Shown: in pieces, positions 45,636-56,951 of the stretch
Position numbering within the stretch: the stretch's first letter is position 1
How the letters are laid out: each line of letters opens with the position of its first letter
NCBI GenBank assembly: GCA_019661785.1
Contig: JAIFWP010000001.1
Location: forward strand, 11,545 to 75,544
Origin: Candidatus Parcubacteria bacterium
GTDB taxonomy: Bacteria; Patescibacteriota; Minisyncoccia; Phycocordibacterales; Zambryskibacteraceae
Direction of reading: 5' to 3'
Length of the DNA stretch: 64,000 bases
Program-made: the position numbers and the translations under genes
The notes under the pieces: generated by a model
Told to the model about the DNA's origin: nothing
The model's input: the letters and a program-made list of their open reading frames with translations, nothing else
Databases searched by the model: none

Positions 45636-48600
45636 ATGACCATCATCAACAAAAAAGTCGTCGATACAAAAGATTTCGACACCATAGGCATCAGGCTCGC
45701 CTCACCGGAGCGCATCAAGGAGTGGTCCTACGGAGAAGTGACCAAGCCCGAGACTATCAACTACCGCACCCAGCGCTCAGAAAGGAACGGCCTCTTCGAC
45801 GAGAAGATTTTCGGCCCGGACCGCGACTTTGAGTGTTACTGCGGTAAGTACAGAGGCATTCGTTACAAGGGTATCGTCTGTGAGAAGTGCGGTGTTGAGA
45901 TAACCCGCTCCATAGTGCGCCGCGAGAGGATGGGACACATTGAGCTCGCCTCGCCAGTTGCTCACATCTGGTTCCTTAAGAATGTACCTTCCCGCATCTC
46001 GCTCATCATGGGCATCCCAGTAGTCGACCTGGAGAAGGTCATCTACTTTGCTGGCTACATAGTGACCTCAGTATCCGAGCAGGAGAAGTCTCGCGTGCTG
46101 AAGGACCTCGACTCCGAGTTCAAATCCAAAGTGAAGAGTCTTCACGATGACAAGGCCAAGGAGTCCCTGAAGGAACTCGCCACACAGACCAAGCACGACA
46201 TCGAGTCGCTCGTCCCAGGACGCGTCCTCGACGAAGTTGAGTATCACCGATTCGGCATGAAGTACTCGACCATCTTCGAGGCAGGCATCGGCGCAGAAGC
46301 TATATATGAGATCTTGAAGAAGACAGACATGAAGAAGCTCCTCGCCGAGCTTGAAGAGGCTCTGACTAAGGCTCCCGCTACTGACATCGTCCGCTTGAAC
46401 AAGCGCATCTCCACCGTGCAGTCGATGATAAGCGCAGGCACTCGCCCTGAATGGATGTTCCTCACTCGCATCCCAGTCATCCCTCCGGCTATACGCCCAA
46501 TGGTCCCCCTAGACGGTGGACGCTACGCTACTTCTGATGTGAACGACCTCTACCGACGCGTCATCAACCGCAACAACCGTTTGAAGAAGTTGAAGGAAAT
46601 CAACGCTCCGGATGTCATTCTACGTAACGAGAAGCGCATCTTGCAGGAAGCTGTTGATGCTCTTATAGACAACACTATCCGCCACGGCAGCGCCGGAGGC
46701 AGCCAGGCCCAGCGCCGTCCACTGAAGTCGCTCTCCGATAACCTTAAGGGCAAGCGTGGTCTCTTTAGACAGAACCTCCTCGGCAAGCGCGTGGACTACT
46801 CCGGACGCTCCGTCATCATCGTCGGTCCTGAGCTCGCTCTCCACCAGTGCGGTTTGCCTAAGCACATGGCGCTTGAGCTCTTCAAGCCATTCGTCATCTC
46901 TGAGCTCTTGAAGAGGGAACTTGCTTACAACATCCCAGGAGCAAGACGACTCATTGAAGACGCTATACCAGAGGTTTGGGCCATACTCGAAGAGGTTATC
47001 CGCGGCAAGTACGTTCTGCTTAACCGCGCACCAACGCTCCACCGCCTCGGCATTCAGGCCTTCCAGCCTATACTCATTGAGGGTAACGCTATCCAGCTCC
47101 ACCCTCTCGTCTGTACCGCATTCAATGCAGACTTCGACGGAGACCAGATGGCAGTACACGTGCCTCTCTCTGACGAGGCTCAGGCTGAAGCGCGCCTCAT
47201 CATGGCCGCAGACAGGAACATCCTCAAGCCAGGTAACGGCGAGCCTGTCGTCACGAACAAGATGCTCGACATCGTGCTTGGTACTTACTGGATCACTCGC
47301 ATTATCGCAGGAGAGAAGGGCGAAGGCCGCTACTACTCGACCCCAGCTGCAGCTATCACTGCGCACGACTTCGATGTAGTGAGCCTAAGGGCGAAGATTA
47401 AGGTCCTTGCGCCTGAAACTCCTAAGTATGCGCACTTCGAGGGCAAGACCTTTGAGACCTCGGTTGGACGCATACTCTTCAACGCAGTTTTGCCTGAAGA
47501 TCATCCGTTCATAAACCATGAGATGGACCGCAAGGCTATGGGCGGACTCGTTGACGACCTCATAGAGCGCTACGGCCTAGAGTCTCTCCCAGGTATCGCT
47601 GATAAGATAAAGAACTTCGGCTTCCGCTACGCTACTCTCTCTGGAGTGACATGGGGACTCGACGATGTAAAAATCCCTGAGGCCAAGTCTGGCATCATCA
47701 AGAAGGGTCGCGACCAGGTTGCTAAGATCCTCGACCAGTGGAACGACGGTCTCCTCTCGGAGAACGAGCGCATCCAGAAGTCGGTTGAGATATGGCAGTC
47801 TATCAAGCAGGAGATTGAGTCTCTCATACCTAAGACCTTGAGCACTAAGGACTCCGTTTACGACATGACTTACTCTGGTGCTAGAGGCTCCTTCGGTAAC
47901 CTTAACCAGATGGCAGGTATGAAGGGTATCATCCAGAACGTCGCCGGCGAGGCGCTTGAGTTCCCGATTCTCTCTTGTTACAAGGAAGGTCTCACTCCGC
48001 TCGAATACTTCATCACTACGCACGGCTCGCGCAAGGGTCTCACTGACACCGCGCTCAACACCGCTAAGGCCGGATACCTCACCCGCCGTCTCTTCGATGT
48101 CGCGCAGGACGAGATAGTGACCGAGGATGATTGTGGTACCAAGGAAGGCATCTACATAACCAAGAAGACCGCATCAGGCATTGATGTGCCTCTCTCGAAG
48201 TCAGTACGCGGACGCTTCCTCGCTAAGGATATGGTAGATGAGAAGGGTACTGTGCTCTTCAAGTCAGGCCACTTCATGGAGAAGCGCGATGCGGATACCA
48301 TAGACAAAATTAATCTCGAAGGTGTTTGGGTTAGGAGCCCGATGGTCTGCAAGTCTGTACACGGACTCTGTGTTAAGTGTTACGGTGTTGACCTTGGTTC
48401 CAACAAGGTAGTCGAGCTAGGCGAAGCGGTAGGTACCGTGGCGGCACAGGCTATCGGCGAGCCGGGAACCCAGCTCACCATGCGTACCTTCCACGCCGGA
48501 GGTGTGGCCGCAGCAGGCGGAGACATCACGCAAGGTCTCCCTCGCGTCGAAGAAATCTTCGAGAAGAGGAAGCCTAAGAATCCAGCCATCGTCTCGCACG

Positions 48601-49271
48601 TCGACGGCACAGTGAGCGAGATTAAGATGAGCGGACACGACAGAGTAATCGTCGTCTTGCCAGACCCTGTCGAAGCCTCAACTGCCAAGTCGAAGAAGCT
48701 AGATACCGAGTACACGGTCACTCCAAACAGGAGCATCCTCACGAGAGTTGGCGCTTCGGTCAAGAAGGGCGAGATGCTCACGGACGGCTCTGCCGACCTA
48801 GACGAGCTCTTCCGCTACGCTGGCAAAGAGGCTACAGCCGAGTACATCATCCGCGAGGTATCGAAACTCTACGAACTCCAGGGAGCAGCGGTCTCGCACA
48901 AGCACATCGAGCTTATCATCAGACAGATGTTTGCTAGGCGCAAAGTCAGAGATGGCGGCGATAGTGCCTTCAACCGCGGCGACGTGGTCGAGGTCTCTGA
49001 GCTTCATGGCACCGAGGTTAAGGCAGATGCAGTTATCATGGGCATCACTGAGGTTGCTCTCTCCAGAGCTTCCTTCCTCTCGGCAGCATCCTTCCAGCAC
49101 ACGCCAAGAGTTCTTATCCAAGCAGCCCTACGAGGCGTGCAGGATGAGCTCTTGGGTCTCAAAGAGAATGTTATTATTGGCAGACTGATTCCCGCAGGTA
49201 CCGGTTTCGAGGGCAGCTACAAGCAGAAACTCATATGCGAGGAAACGTCGAAGAAGTCAAAGACAGGCTAG
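45636..49271 (+). CDS. rpoC: RNA polymerase beta' subunit
   Basis: KPETINYRT, zinc finger, [37 protein letters not shown]. Confidence 0.98.
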   Translation: MTIINKKVVDTKDFDTIGIRLASPERIKEWSYGEVTKPETINYRTQRSERNGLFDEKIFGPDRDFECYCGKYRGIRYKGIVCEKCGVEITRSIVRRERMGHIELASPVAHIWFLKNVPSRISLIMGIPVVDLEKVIYFAGYIVTSVSEQEKSRVLKDLDSEFKSKVKSLHDDKAKESLKELATQTKHDIESLVPGRVLDEVEYHRFGMKYSTIFEAGIGAEAIYEILKKTDMKKLLAELEEALTKAPATDIVRLNKRISTVQSMISAGTRPEWMFLTRIPVIPPAIRPMVPLDGGRYATSDVNDLYRRVINRNNRLKKLKEINAPDVILRNEKRILQEAVDALIDNTIRHGSAGGSQAQRRPLKSLSDNLKGKRGLFRQNLLGKRVDYSGRSVIIVGPELALHQCGLPKHMALELFKPFVISELLKRELAYNIPGARRLIEDAIPEVWAILEEVIRGKYVLLNRAPTLHRLGIQAFQPILIEGNAIQLHPLVCTAFNADFDGDQMAVHVPLSDEAQAEARLIMAADRNILKPGNGEPVVTNKMLDIVLGTYWITRIIAGEKGEGRYYSTPAAAITAHDFDVVSLRAKIKVLAPETPKYAHFEGKTFETSVGRILFNAVLPEDHPFINHEMDRKAMGGLVDDLIERYGLESLPGIADKIKNFGFRYATLSGVTWGLDDVKIPEAKSGIIKKGRDQVAKILDQWNDGLLSENERIQKSVEIWQSIKQEIESLIPKTLSTKDSVYDMTYSGARGSFGNLNQMAGMKGIIQNVAGEALEFPILSCYKEGLTPLEYFITTHGSRKGLTDTALNTAKAGYLTRRLFDVAQDEIVTEDDCGTKEGIYITKKTASGIDVPLSKSVRGRFLAKDMVDEKGTVLFKSGHFMEKRDADTIDKINLEGVWVRSPMVCKSVHGLCVKCYGVDLGSNKVVELGEAVGTVAAQAIGEPGTQLTMRTFHAGGVAAAGGDITQGLPRVEEIFEKRKPKNPAIVSHVDGTVSEIKMSGHDRVIVVLPDPVEASTAKSKKLDTEYTVTPNRSILTRVGASVKKGEMLTDGSADLDELFRYAGKEATAEYIIREVSKLYELQGAAVSHKHIELIIRQMFARRKVRDGGDSAFNRGDVVEVSELHGTEVKADAVIMGITEVALSRASFLSAASFQHTPRVLIQAALRGVQDELLGLKENVIIGRLIPAGTGFEGSYKQKLICEETSKKSKTG

Positions 49272-50791
49272 ACATCGCCGAGGTCATCGGCGGTTATGTC
49301 AAAGTCGATAAGGCGGGGGCGAACTTCAAAGCCAAGTGCCCCTTCCACAACGAGAAGACACCTAGCTTCTTCATATCGCCTGCGCGTCAGAGCTATTACT
49401 GCTTCGGTTGCGGGGCCAAGGGAGACATCTTCACCTTCGTTGAGGAAATGGAGGGCGTCGACTTCAAAGAAGCTCTAAAGACTCTAGCCGCGAAGGCTGG
49501 AGTTGAGCTCAAGTACGAAAGAGGAGAGAGTAAGGGTGATACCGACAAGCTCTATGATGCTCTTGAGGAGGCCGCAGCCTTCTTCGAGTCAGGACTTGAG
49601 GCTAGCGCTGAAGCGAAGAAGTATCTTGCCTCGCGCGGCGTATCAGACGAGAGCGTAAAGGAGTGGCGCTTGGGTTATGTACCCGAGGACTGGCGACTCC
49701 TCCGCGAGCACATGCTCGGCAAGGGCTATGACGATGTGACGCTCACTAAGGCCGGTCTCATAAAGATGAGCGTCGACCACAAGGACAAGGAGCCTTACGA
49801 CGTTTTCCGCGGGCGCGTCATCTTCCCGATATTTGACGCTAGCGGGAGAGTCATAGCTTTCTCTGGCAGAGCTCTCGCGCCTGACGCAACGCCAAAGTAC
49901 CTTAACAGCCCTGATACGCCCCTCTTCGTGAAGAGTGATGTCCTCTATGGTCTCGACAAGGCCAAGCAGGACATAAGGAAGAAGGATTACACCGTTCTCG
50001 TCGAGGGTCAGCTAGACCTGGTCCTCTCGCACCAGTCGGGGGTCAAGAATACTGTAGCCTCGTCTGGTACAGCTTTCACAGCCCAGCACTTGGAGCGCCT
50101 AAGGCGTCTCTCGCCGAGGATACTCCTCGCCTTTGACAGTGATGAGGCGGGCAGCAAGGCATCTGAGAGGAGCACGGTGCTCGCGCTCTCATTAGGACTT
50201 GAGGTCAAGCTGGCCAAAATGCCGGAAGGCTCCGACCCGGCAGACATGGTTAAGACCAATCCCGAGAGTTGGAAAGATGTTTTGAGGAAAGCGAAGCCCG
50301 CCATAGAGGTCTTCCTCGACGAGATACTCTCGGAAGAGAAAGACGCTCGCAAAGTTGGCAAGGCCATAGAGAAGAAGGTTCTCCCTCTCATCTTGCTCCT
50401 GTCGAGCTCAATAGAGCGCTCACACTTCGTATCCCTTATAGGCAAGCGCACTGGTCTCAAGGAAGAGCATATTTGGGAGGACTTGAAGAGAGCCAAGAGA
50501 CCCGACACTGTAACGGCCACCGCAGGCAAAGAGGAGGCAAAGGCAGAGTCACCCAAAAAGCGGACTCGCGCGGAAGAGCTGGAAGAGATAAGGAGCTGGC
50601 GCAAGGAGAATCCGGGAGATATGGACTTGCGCAGGCAGGAAACCGAACTCGTCATCCTCATGAGAGTAGATGAGCTCGATAGTGAGATAGCAGAGGCGCG
50701 TATAGCGCTAGGGAGAGGGGAGAGCGAAGCGCTCGAGAAGGTATCGGCTCTCTCAAAGGAACGAGATGAAGAGAAGCGCAAATTAATATAG
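49235..50791 (+). CDS. dnaG: DNA primase
   Basis: CPFHNEKTPSF..CFGC zinc ribbon, KYLNSP, VEG.LD, FDSDEAG. Confidence 0.96.
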   Translation: MRGNVEEVKDRLDIAEVIGGYVKVDKAGANFKAKCPFHNEKTPSFFISPARQSYYCFGCGAKGDIFTFVEEMEGVDFKEALKTLAAKAGVELKYERGESKGDTDKLYDALEEAAAFFESGLEASAEAKKYLASRGVSDESVKEWRLGYVPEDWRLLREHMLGKGYDDVTLTKAGLIKMSVDHKDKEPYDVFRGRVIFPIFDASGRVIAFSGRALAPDATPKYLNSPDTPLFVKSDVLYGLDKAKQDIRKKDYTVLVEGQLDLVLSHQSGVKNTVASSGTAFTAQHLERLRRLSPRILLAFDSDEAGSKASERSTVLALSLGLEVKLAKMPEGSDPADMVKTNPESWKDVLRKAKPAIEVFLDEILSEEKDARKVGKAIEKKVLPLILLLSSSIERSHFVSLIGKRTGLKEEHIWEDLKRAKRPDTVTATAGKEEAKAESPKKRTRAEELEEIRSWRKENPGDMDLRRQETELVILMRVDELDSEIAEARIALGRGESEALEKVSALSKERDEEKRKLI

Positions 50792-50803
50792 AATAAGAAG
50801 TTA

Positions 50804-52030
50804 ATGGCCCAAAAGAAAAACAAAAAGAAGGTCAAAAAGATGAAGGCCAAAAAGACCAGCGTAAAATCGCGGGTCAAAAAGGGTGCGGCCAAGAAACAGA
50901 AGAAAGCTATAACTAAAAAGAAAGCCGTCAAAGTTTTGAAGACGAGACCCCTCTCGAAGAAGGCTCAAGAGGGTGAGACAAAGATGAACCGGCTCATAGT
51001 GAGGGGCAAGGAGAGAGGATTCATCACATATGACGAGATACTGAAGGAGTTCCCGACTATTGAGACCAATATCATCTTCCTCGACGAGCTATACGGCAAG
51101 CTCGCTAGTGCCGGAGTGGACGTGCTCGAGGGCGGCGGACTCTTAGAGATTAGGAACGAAGATGACGACAAGAAGTATTACTCCAAGTCGGACTCGGCCT
51201 ATGACTCGATACAGATGTATCTCAAAGAGATAGGTCGCTACCCGCTCATTTCGGGCAGTATGGAGAAGGAGCTTGCCCGCCGCATTGAAGCTGGTGACGT
51301 TGAGGCCCGCAACCTCTTGGCTCAGGCCAACTTGCGCCTCGTGGTCTCTATTGCCAAGAAGTATGCTAACCGTTCCCCAGACCTTACTCTCCTTGACCTT
51401 ATACAGGAGGGCAACCTAGGCCTCTATAAGGCCGTGGAGAAGTTCGACTGGACGAAGGGTTACAAATTCTCTACCTACGCTACCTGGTGGATACGCCAGG
51501 CTATTACTCGCGCCTTGGCTGACCAGAGCCGCACTATCCGCGTGCCTGTGCACATGGTTGAGACTATCGCCAAGTACAAGCAGGTCGTGCGCCGTCTTAC
51601 CCAGGACCTCGGCCGAGAGCCATTGCCAGAGGAGATAGCGCTAGAGATGAACCTTGATGTAGAGAAGATTTACCAGATAGAGAAGATAGACCAGTCTACC
51701 GTCTCGCTTGAGAGCCCGGTAGGGGACGAGGGTGACGATGGCAAGTCTAAGCTCGGCGACTTCCTCGCTGATGACAAGATACTCTCTCCGTCTGAGGAGT
51801 CCTCGCGCCGCATTATCTCCGACCAGGTCAAGGAGATACTTGGAGATTTACCGCCTAAGGAAAGAAAGATTTTAGAGATGCGCCACGGCCTTATAGACGG
51901 CTATACGCACACCCTCGAGGAAGTGGGCAAGGTCTTCGGCGTCACCCGCGAACGCATCCGCCAAATCGAAGCCAAGGCCCATGAGAAGATACGCCAACAC
52001 GAGAAAATAAATAGACTAAGAGGATATTAA
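50804..52030 (+). CDS. rpoD: Primary sigma factor with a Lys-rich N-terminal extension
   Basis: [51 protein letters not shown]. Confidence 0.97.
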   Translation: MAQKKNKKKVKKMKAKKTSVKSRVKKGAAKKQKKAITKKKAVKVLKTRPLSKKAQEGETKMNRLIVRGKERGFITYDEILKEFPTIETNIIFLDELYGKLASAGVDVLEGGGLLEIRNEDDDKKYYSKSDSAYDSIQMYLKEIGRYPLISGSMEKELARRIEAGDVEARNLLAQANLRLVVSIAKKYANRSPDLTLLDLIQEGNLGLYKAVEKFDWTKGYKFSTYATWWIRQAITRALADQSRTIRVPVHMVETIAKYKQVVRRLTQDLGREPLPEEIALEMNLDVEKIYQIEKIDQSTVSLESPVGDEGDDGKSKLGDFLADDKILSPSEESSRRIISDQVKEILGDLPPKERKILEMRHGLIDGYTHTLEEVGKVFGVTRERIRQIEAKAHEKIRQHEKINRLRGY

Positions 52031-52036
52031 AACGCT

Positions 52037-52058
52037 AAGCCGCCCCTAGGGGCGGCTT
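52037..52058. terminator. Bidirectional hairpin between rpoD and unit L
   Basis: AAGCCGCCCCT-AGGGGCGGCTT palindrome. Confidence 0.8.
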
Positions 52059-52258
52059 TAGTTATGCATGCGAGCGAGGATGTAGGGCATCACGATGTAG
52101 ATGCCGTAACCGAGCATGACTGCTCCGCATGTCCCTCTGAAGAGCCGGAACTTTGGACTCATGTCTTTGGAAAAGAGTGCCAGAAGTATGTTGGCCTCGC
52201 CGCCGATGAGGAGTACGAGAGTCCCGATCTTCAACCAGTTGAACAAAGAAAGATCCAC
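52058..52258 (-). CDS. Small two-TM membrane protein (orphan unit L, 66 aa)
   Basis: Start re-called to GTG 52258, 5 nt after GGAGG; the longer track ORF would run through the unit M terminator. Confidence 0.6.
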   Translation of the reverse strand: MDLSLFNWLKIGTLVLLIGGEANILLALFSKDMSPKFRLFRGTCGAVMLGYGIYIVMPYILARMHN

Positions 52259-52320
52259 GCACGCCTCCGATAAAAGTCTCATCCTAATGACGCACAAGGA
52301 GGACCAAACTATCAATATAA

Positions 52321-52354
52321 AAAAGAACCCCGCCGATCGTATGAGTCGGCGGGG
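52321..52354 (-). terminator. Terminator of unit M
   Basis: CCCCGCCGA/TCGGCGGGG stem followed on the minus strand by TTCTTTTTT. Confidence 0.85.
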
Positions 52355-52373
52355 ATTTCGTTGGGGATACCTA

Positions 52374-52844
52374 TTACCGTGAGACAGCGGCGGCAATCCG
52401 CTTCAGGAAGCCGGGTCTGGCCGGAGTGGTATCCTTCACCTCTTCCGGGACCTGGAGGAAGCACTGGTTCATGAGGTCCATCATGATTCGGTCAATCTCC
52501 TCAGTGAGTCCGGCGCGCTTGAGCGGGCCGATGGCATCCGCCAGAACAGGGAACTGAGCCTCGTCGAGAAGGTTCACGAGATAGCCGAACTCCTTCCACG
52601 TCTTGAGGTTTTTCTGGACATCATTGAGGCAAGTGATGATCCACTTTGCTTCTCCGTCTCCTGGGGCGGAAACGTGCCAAAGCTCCTTCTTGAGCTTGTC
52701 GGCAAGGTTTTCCTCCGCCTTCGCTCTCAGCTCTGGGGTGAGGCTGAAGAACTGGTTGTTCTTCGGCAGTGAATCGGTCTCGGCACGTTGAACCATATAA
52801 AGAGCTCCTGTTTGCCATCCCGTGGCACGCGGGCTTACACTCAT
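52374..52844 (-). CDS. Hypothetical protein (orphan unit M)
   Basis: 156-aa ORF between a consensus promoter and a terminator. Confidence 0.75.
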   Translation of the reverse strand: MSVSPRATGWQTGALYMVQRAETDSLPKNNQFFSLTPELRAKAEENLADKLKKELWHVSAPGDGEAKWIITCLNDVQKNLKTWKEFGYLVNLLDEAQFPVLADAIGPLKRAGLTEEIDRIMMDLMNQCFLQVPEEVKDTTPARPGFLKRIAAAVSR

Positions 52845-52881
52845 CAGCTATCCCATCGGGCACTATGAGTTAAGCTTGGGT

Positions 52882-52910
52882 ATTATATACCATATATATG
52901 TCCTTGTCAA
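52882..52910 (-). promoter_or_regulatory. Perfect consensus sigma70 promoter of unit M
   Basis: TTGACA-17-TATAAT on the minus strand. Confidence 0.9.
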
Positions 52911-52914
52911 GTTA

Positions 52915-52945
52915 TAAAGAAAGGGCGGACCTGTGAGGGTCCGCC
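52915..52945 (-). terminator. Terminator of unit N
   Basis: GGCGGACC/GGTCCGCC stem with T-rich flanks on both strands. Confidence 0.8.
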
Positions 52946-52965
52946 GTTTTGTTACTGCTGTGGAG

Positions 52966-53253
52966 CTAGCCGAAGGCCGCCTTGTGTTTCTTGCGCTGAA
53001 TCACGCCGTCTACGTGCTCTGTCACGAGCCATGAGATGACGCCGGCCATGAAGCAAATGAGTACGCCCATGGAATCATGGGAGCTGAAGTCTCGTTGGCC
53101 CCGTTCGGGCTGCCCGAGCATGACCATCGCGTAGAGGATTCCGCAGATGTAGGCGTACATGATCCCACAGTCCGCCTCGTGGCTCGCATACCGCAGTGTT
53201 AGCATCAACACTGGAGGTGCGGTCACGCACAGGATGAAAAGCAAAAAGAGCAT
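52966..53253 (-). CDS. Small three-TM membrane protein (orphan unit N)
   Basis: Three hydrophobic segments; GGAG 7 nt before ATG; TTGACT-17-TATTTT at 53312-53284. Confidence 0.7.
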   Translation of the reverse strand: MLFLLFILCVTAPPVLMLTLRYASHEADCGIMYAYICGILYAMVMLGQPERGQRDFSSHDSMGVLICFMAGVISWLVTEHVDGVIQRKKHKAAFG

Positions 53254-53354
53254 TAAACTTCTCCGTTAGGGTGGACTTATACCAAAATACCACCAATATT
53301 TGTTTAAGTCAATAGTTAAGAACTAGTAATCCATCTACATGATAAAATAGGCTC

Positions 53355-56237
53355 ATGTCTGATGATCTCTTCAAGACGGCCTATAAGAGCCTCAATAAGG
53401 CTCAGAAGGAGGCTGTGGACGCTATAGAGGGTCCAGTGATGGTCATAGCTGGTCCTGGCACTGGTAAGACTCAGGTGCTCACGCTCCGCATAGCCAATAT
53501 CCTCACTAAGACCGATACTCCGGCCGACGGCATCCTGTGCCTCACCTTTACTAACTCCGGCGTGAAGGCCATGCGTGAAAGGCTGTTAGAGCTCATAGGC
53601 CCTGCTGCATCAAGAGTGGTTATATCGACCTTCCATAGCTTTGGCTCAAGCCTTATAGAAGAGTTCTACGAAAGGTTGGATCTGCCCGCTCCGCCCAAGC
53701 TCCTTGATGAAAGAGACGCAGTCCTCTTGGTGGACGAGATACTTGAGAGCAATGATTGGGAGTACTTACGTCCAAGAAGCGGCGGAGCGCACAACTTCCG
53801 TGACCTGCGCTCCCTCATATCTTTCTTGAAGAGGGAGAAAATTTCTCCGGAGGATTTTGCTCTCGAGGTCGGCAAAGAGATTAAGAAAGTGAAGGATAAG
53901 GCGAAGCTAAAGAGCCTTGGCCGTACTGAAGAGGCTTCCCGCTTCTATAAGCTCTATGAGGAGGCTAAGCGCGAGCGCAACATCGTGGACTATGACGACA
54001 TCCTTGAGTACATTGTGAGGCTCGCGGAGAGTTCGAAAGATGCCAGAGCCAGTCTTCGCGAGCGGTATCTCTATGTGCTCGTGGACGAGCATCAAGACTC
54101 AAGCGGAGTACAGAACAAGTTCCTCGAAGCTGTGTGGTCAGATACCGAGAAGCCGAACATCTTCGTCGTTGGTGATGACAGGCAGCTCATATATGGATTC
54201 GGCGGAGCATCCTTGTCGCACTTTGAAAGTTTTAAAGATAGCTTCGCCGGCACAAAGCTCATATCCCTTAGCGAGAATTATCGTTCCACGGAACCGATAC
54301 TTGAGCTCGCAGATGAGGTCTTAGTGAGTTCTATAAGCAAGGTTAAGCTAAAGAGCAACAGGAGCGAGAAGCACGCCGTGACGCTTGTTGAAGCTGAGTA
54401 TCCTCGAGACGAGATACTGGCTGCGGGCTTAGCGATAAAGAAGAGGATAGAGGAAGGAGTAAATCCTGATGAGTGTGCGGTTATAGTGCCGAAGAACGCT
54501 CAAGTCAGGAGCGCTGTAGCCGTGCTACAGGACTTAGGATTGCCAGTAGCGGCGAGCGGCAAGGCTTCTTTCTTTAACCTTCATGAGACAGAGACTCTCA
54601 TAGATGTTCTCAGATTCCTGGTAGATCCATATGATGCCGCTTCTACAGCCAGGCTCATATTGAATCCAGTCTTTGGCATACCGGTGCTTACGGGACATGC
54701 TTTCTTGCGCGAGGAGGGCCGCAAGGTAAGTATTGATTCTGTACTAAAGGCTAAGGGTAAGATAGGCGAGCTAGGCGACTTATTGGCCCAACTCCTCAAG
54801 CTGTCTAAGGAGAAGGATGTCTATGAGCTAGTGCAGGAGATCGGCAAACAAGTCTTCTACAAGACTAGCGACCACAAGACGCTTCTGCGCCAAATAGAGT
54901 CTGTCCGCACGATGCTTCACCTGGCGCTATCTAGGCTGGAAAGAGATCCAAAGACAAGCCCGAGCCAGTTTGTGGCCTTTATCGACAGGCTCATCGAATA
55001 TAGCGAGGACATCCCGCTAGCAGTCTTCTTGGCAGACGAAGGGGTTAAGGTTATGACACTCCACGCCTCGAAGGGGCTCGAGTTCGACTCAGTGTGGATT
55101 GCCCATCTTGATGAGAAGTCGCTCATGAAGGGTAAACGAGCCGGCTTTGTCTTGCCTGAGAAGATCGCGCAGTTTGCCGCTGAGAAGGATGAGTTATCAG
55201 CACGAAGAGAGCTATATGTAGCCATCACAAGAGCCAAGCGCTACCTCACGCTCTCATATGCAGCCAAAAGTTATACAGGCGGGGAGCAGGCTCTCGCTCA
55301 TATTGTCGCCTCTTTGCCGAAGAAGATGCTCGTGAAGAAGTCAGTGCTTGAGACGGAGAGTGCAATACTCGGCAATGACCCAAGCCTTTATGTGACAAGC
55401 AACAGGCGAGAGAAGACCGCGAGTGCTGTGGAGGAAATGCGCGAGCTTGTGAAGAAGAATGTAGCAGACATGAGCATCTCCGTGACGAACTTGAACAACT
55501 TTTGGAGTTGTCCGTGGAAGTGGTACTTCAGGAGCTTCCTTCGTTTGCCGGAGCCAGAGTCAGAGAGTCTCGTCTTCGGCGACTTGGTGCACAAACTTAT
55601 AAATAGGCAGCTCAAGGAGGGGAGCTTCCGTCATGATTTTAGACAAGAGATAGAGGATTTCCTAGACGAGCTCCATGTATATGACGAGCTTTCGCGCAGG
55701 CGCTACTTTAAGGATGCTGACAAAGTCTTGTCTGCGTTCCAAGATGCTATCCTCCCCCACATAAGTGAGGACTTCGCAACAGAAAAGAGCCTTCGTTATG
55801 TAGACCCAAATGTGAATATGGTTGTAACGGGCAAACTCGACCTGGTAGAGCAGCTAGAGGACGGAACTATGCGAGTGTCTGACTTTAAAACTGGCGGGGC
55901 AAAGACTACAGGGGCTATAGAGAAAGTGAGCGAAGGCGGCAGGCTCTCCGACATGCTCCGCCAGTTAGCCATGTACTCGTATCTACTCGAAAACCAGAGA
56001 AAGTCCGGGGAAATCTCTTCCTCTCGCCTCATCTTCCTCGAAGCAAGTGAGAAGGATAAGAACTTTATATACGAAACCCAGATGGGCAAGGAGGAGATAG
56101 GCTTGCTGAAGAAAGATATCGTCGACTTTGCCAAGCTCCTATCTAGCGGCGAGTGGACAGAGCTCCCTTGTGACAATGACTCTTACGGCAAGCCTTGCGA
56201 GTACTGCGCTTTAAAGGACCTCTTACTTAAGAAGTGA
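53355..56237 (+). CDS. UvrD/PcrA-like SF1 helicase fused to a PD-(D/E)xK nuclease
   Basis: AGPGTGKT, VDEHQD, VGDD.Q.IY.F, NYRS, MTLHASKGLEF, YVAITRA; GKLD...DFKTG, QL.MY; CPW...C...CEYC. Confidence 0.92.
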   Translation: MSDDLFKTAYKSLNKAQKEAVDAIEGPVMVIAGPGTGKTQVLTLRIANILTKTDTPADGILCLTFTNSGVKAMRERLLELIGPAASRVVISTFHSFGSSLIEEFYERLDLPAPPKLLDERDAVLLVDEILESNDWEYLRPRSGGAHNFRDLRSLISFLKREKISPEDFALEVGKEIKKVKDKAKLKSLGRTEEASRFYKLYEEAKRERNIVDYDDILEYIVRLAESSKDARASLRERYLYVLVDEHQDSSGVQNKFLEAVWSDTEKPNIFVVGDDRQLIYGFGGASLSHFESFKDSFAGTKLISLSENYRSTEPILELADEVLVSSISKVKLKSNRSEKHAVTLVEAEYPRDEILAAGLAIKKRIEEGVNPDECAVIVPKNAQVRSAVAVLQDLGLPVAASGKASFFNLHETETLIDVLRFLVDPYDAASTARLILNPVFGIPVLTGHAFLREEGRKVSIDSVLKAKGKIGELGDLLAQLLKLSKEKDVYELVQEIGKQVFYKTSDHKTLLRQIESVRTMLHLALSRLERDPKTSPSQFVAFIDRLIEYSEDIPLAVFLADEGVKVMTLHASKGLEFDSVWIAHLDEKSLMKGKRAGFVLPEKIAQFAAEKDELSARRELYVAITRAKRYLTLSYAAKSYTGGEQALAHIVASLPKKMLVKKSVLETESAILGNDPSLYVTSNRREKTASAVEEMRELVKKNVADMSISVTNLNNFWSCPWKWYFRSFLRLPEPESESLVFGDLVHKLINRQLKEGSFRHDFRQEIEDFLDELHVYDELSRRRYFKDADKVLSAFQDAILPHISEDFATEKSLRYVDPNVNMVVTGKLDLVEQLEDGTMRVSDFKTGGAKTTGAIEKVSEGGRLSDMLRQLAMYSYLLENQRKSGEISSSRLIFLEASEKDKNFIYETQMGKEEIGLLKKDIVDFAKLLSSGEWTELPCDNDSYGKPCEYCALKDLLLKK

Positions 56238-56951
56238 GTCGATTTTAGCTTTGACGCTCTCGTAAGGTTCGGCGCCGTTCACAACTATTTGTTTGTCGCC
56301 CATGATGATGACTGAGTACGGAGTGCCTTGAGCTCCTGCGTTTATGGCTGCTGTGACATCGTCAGTTATCTCTTTGCCATGCGTACCATTTGTGAGGCAC
56401 TTGTTGAACTGAGTTACATCTAAGCCGAGGCCCTGAGCTATCCTTGGGAGTTCGGCCGGATCTAGAGTGTTGTTAGAGCCTGTGGTAGCAAAGATTTTAT
56501 CTATATAGCTCCAGAAGGCAGTATTGCCACCTTGGTCAGCTGCACACTCAGAGGCCTCTGACTCCATGGGCGCTTTGGAGTGGAGCTGAGCAATAGGGAA
56601 ATGGCGGTAGACCCAGTTAACCTTGCCTGCATAAGTAGCGAGGACCTGATGCATAGTGTCGTGGAAGACCTTGCAGAAAGGGCACTCAAGGTCGGAGTAC
56701 TCTACTATGGTTATAGGGGCATTGGCATCGCCAAGCATGTGGTCCTTGCCGCTAACTGGCTCTACCTTGCCCTCGGGCGTATTGCTGCCCGTGAGAGAGC
56801 CTGCAGCAGCTATGGCGCCGCCGTGACCGCCTCCGAAGTAGACTGCGCTCGCTATCATGCCTCCAGCCAGGATAATGGCTAGCGGGATAGTGAACTGCTG
56901 AGTACCTCGACTGCTATCATTATGACTGGCATTATTGGTTTCGGGCATCAT
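56223..56951 (-). CDS. dsbA: DsbA-family thiol-disulfide oxidoreductase
   Basis: EYSDLECPFC, YRHFP, GTP, N-terminal TM helix. Confidence 0.9.
   Translation of the reverse strand: MMPETNNASHNDSSRGTQQFTIPLAIILAGGMIASAVYFGGGHGGAIAAAGSLTGSNTPEGKVEPVSGKDHMLGDANAPITIVEYSDLECPFCKVFHDTMHQVLATYAGKVNWVYRHFPIAQLHSKAPMESEASECAADQGGNTAFWSYIDKIFATTGSNNTLDPAELPRIAQGLGLDVTQFNKCLTNGTHGKEITDDVTAAINAGAQGTPYSVIIMGDKQIVVNGAEPYESVKAKIDSLLK

Noticed and set aside
50008-50931. Long antisense ORFs (e.g. 50008-50931, 16185-17024, 5207-5983, 44475-45110)
   Set aside because: Shadows of well-supported genes on the opposite strand; no motifs or expression signals
52037-53312. Orphan units as integron cassettes
   Set aside because: Hairpins lack attC RYYYAAC/GTTRRRY ends, units carry their own promoters, and no intI is present
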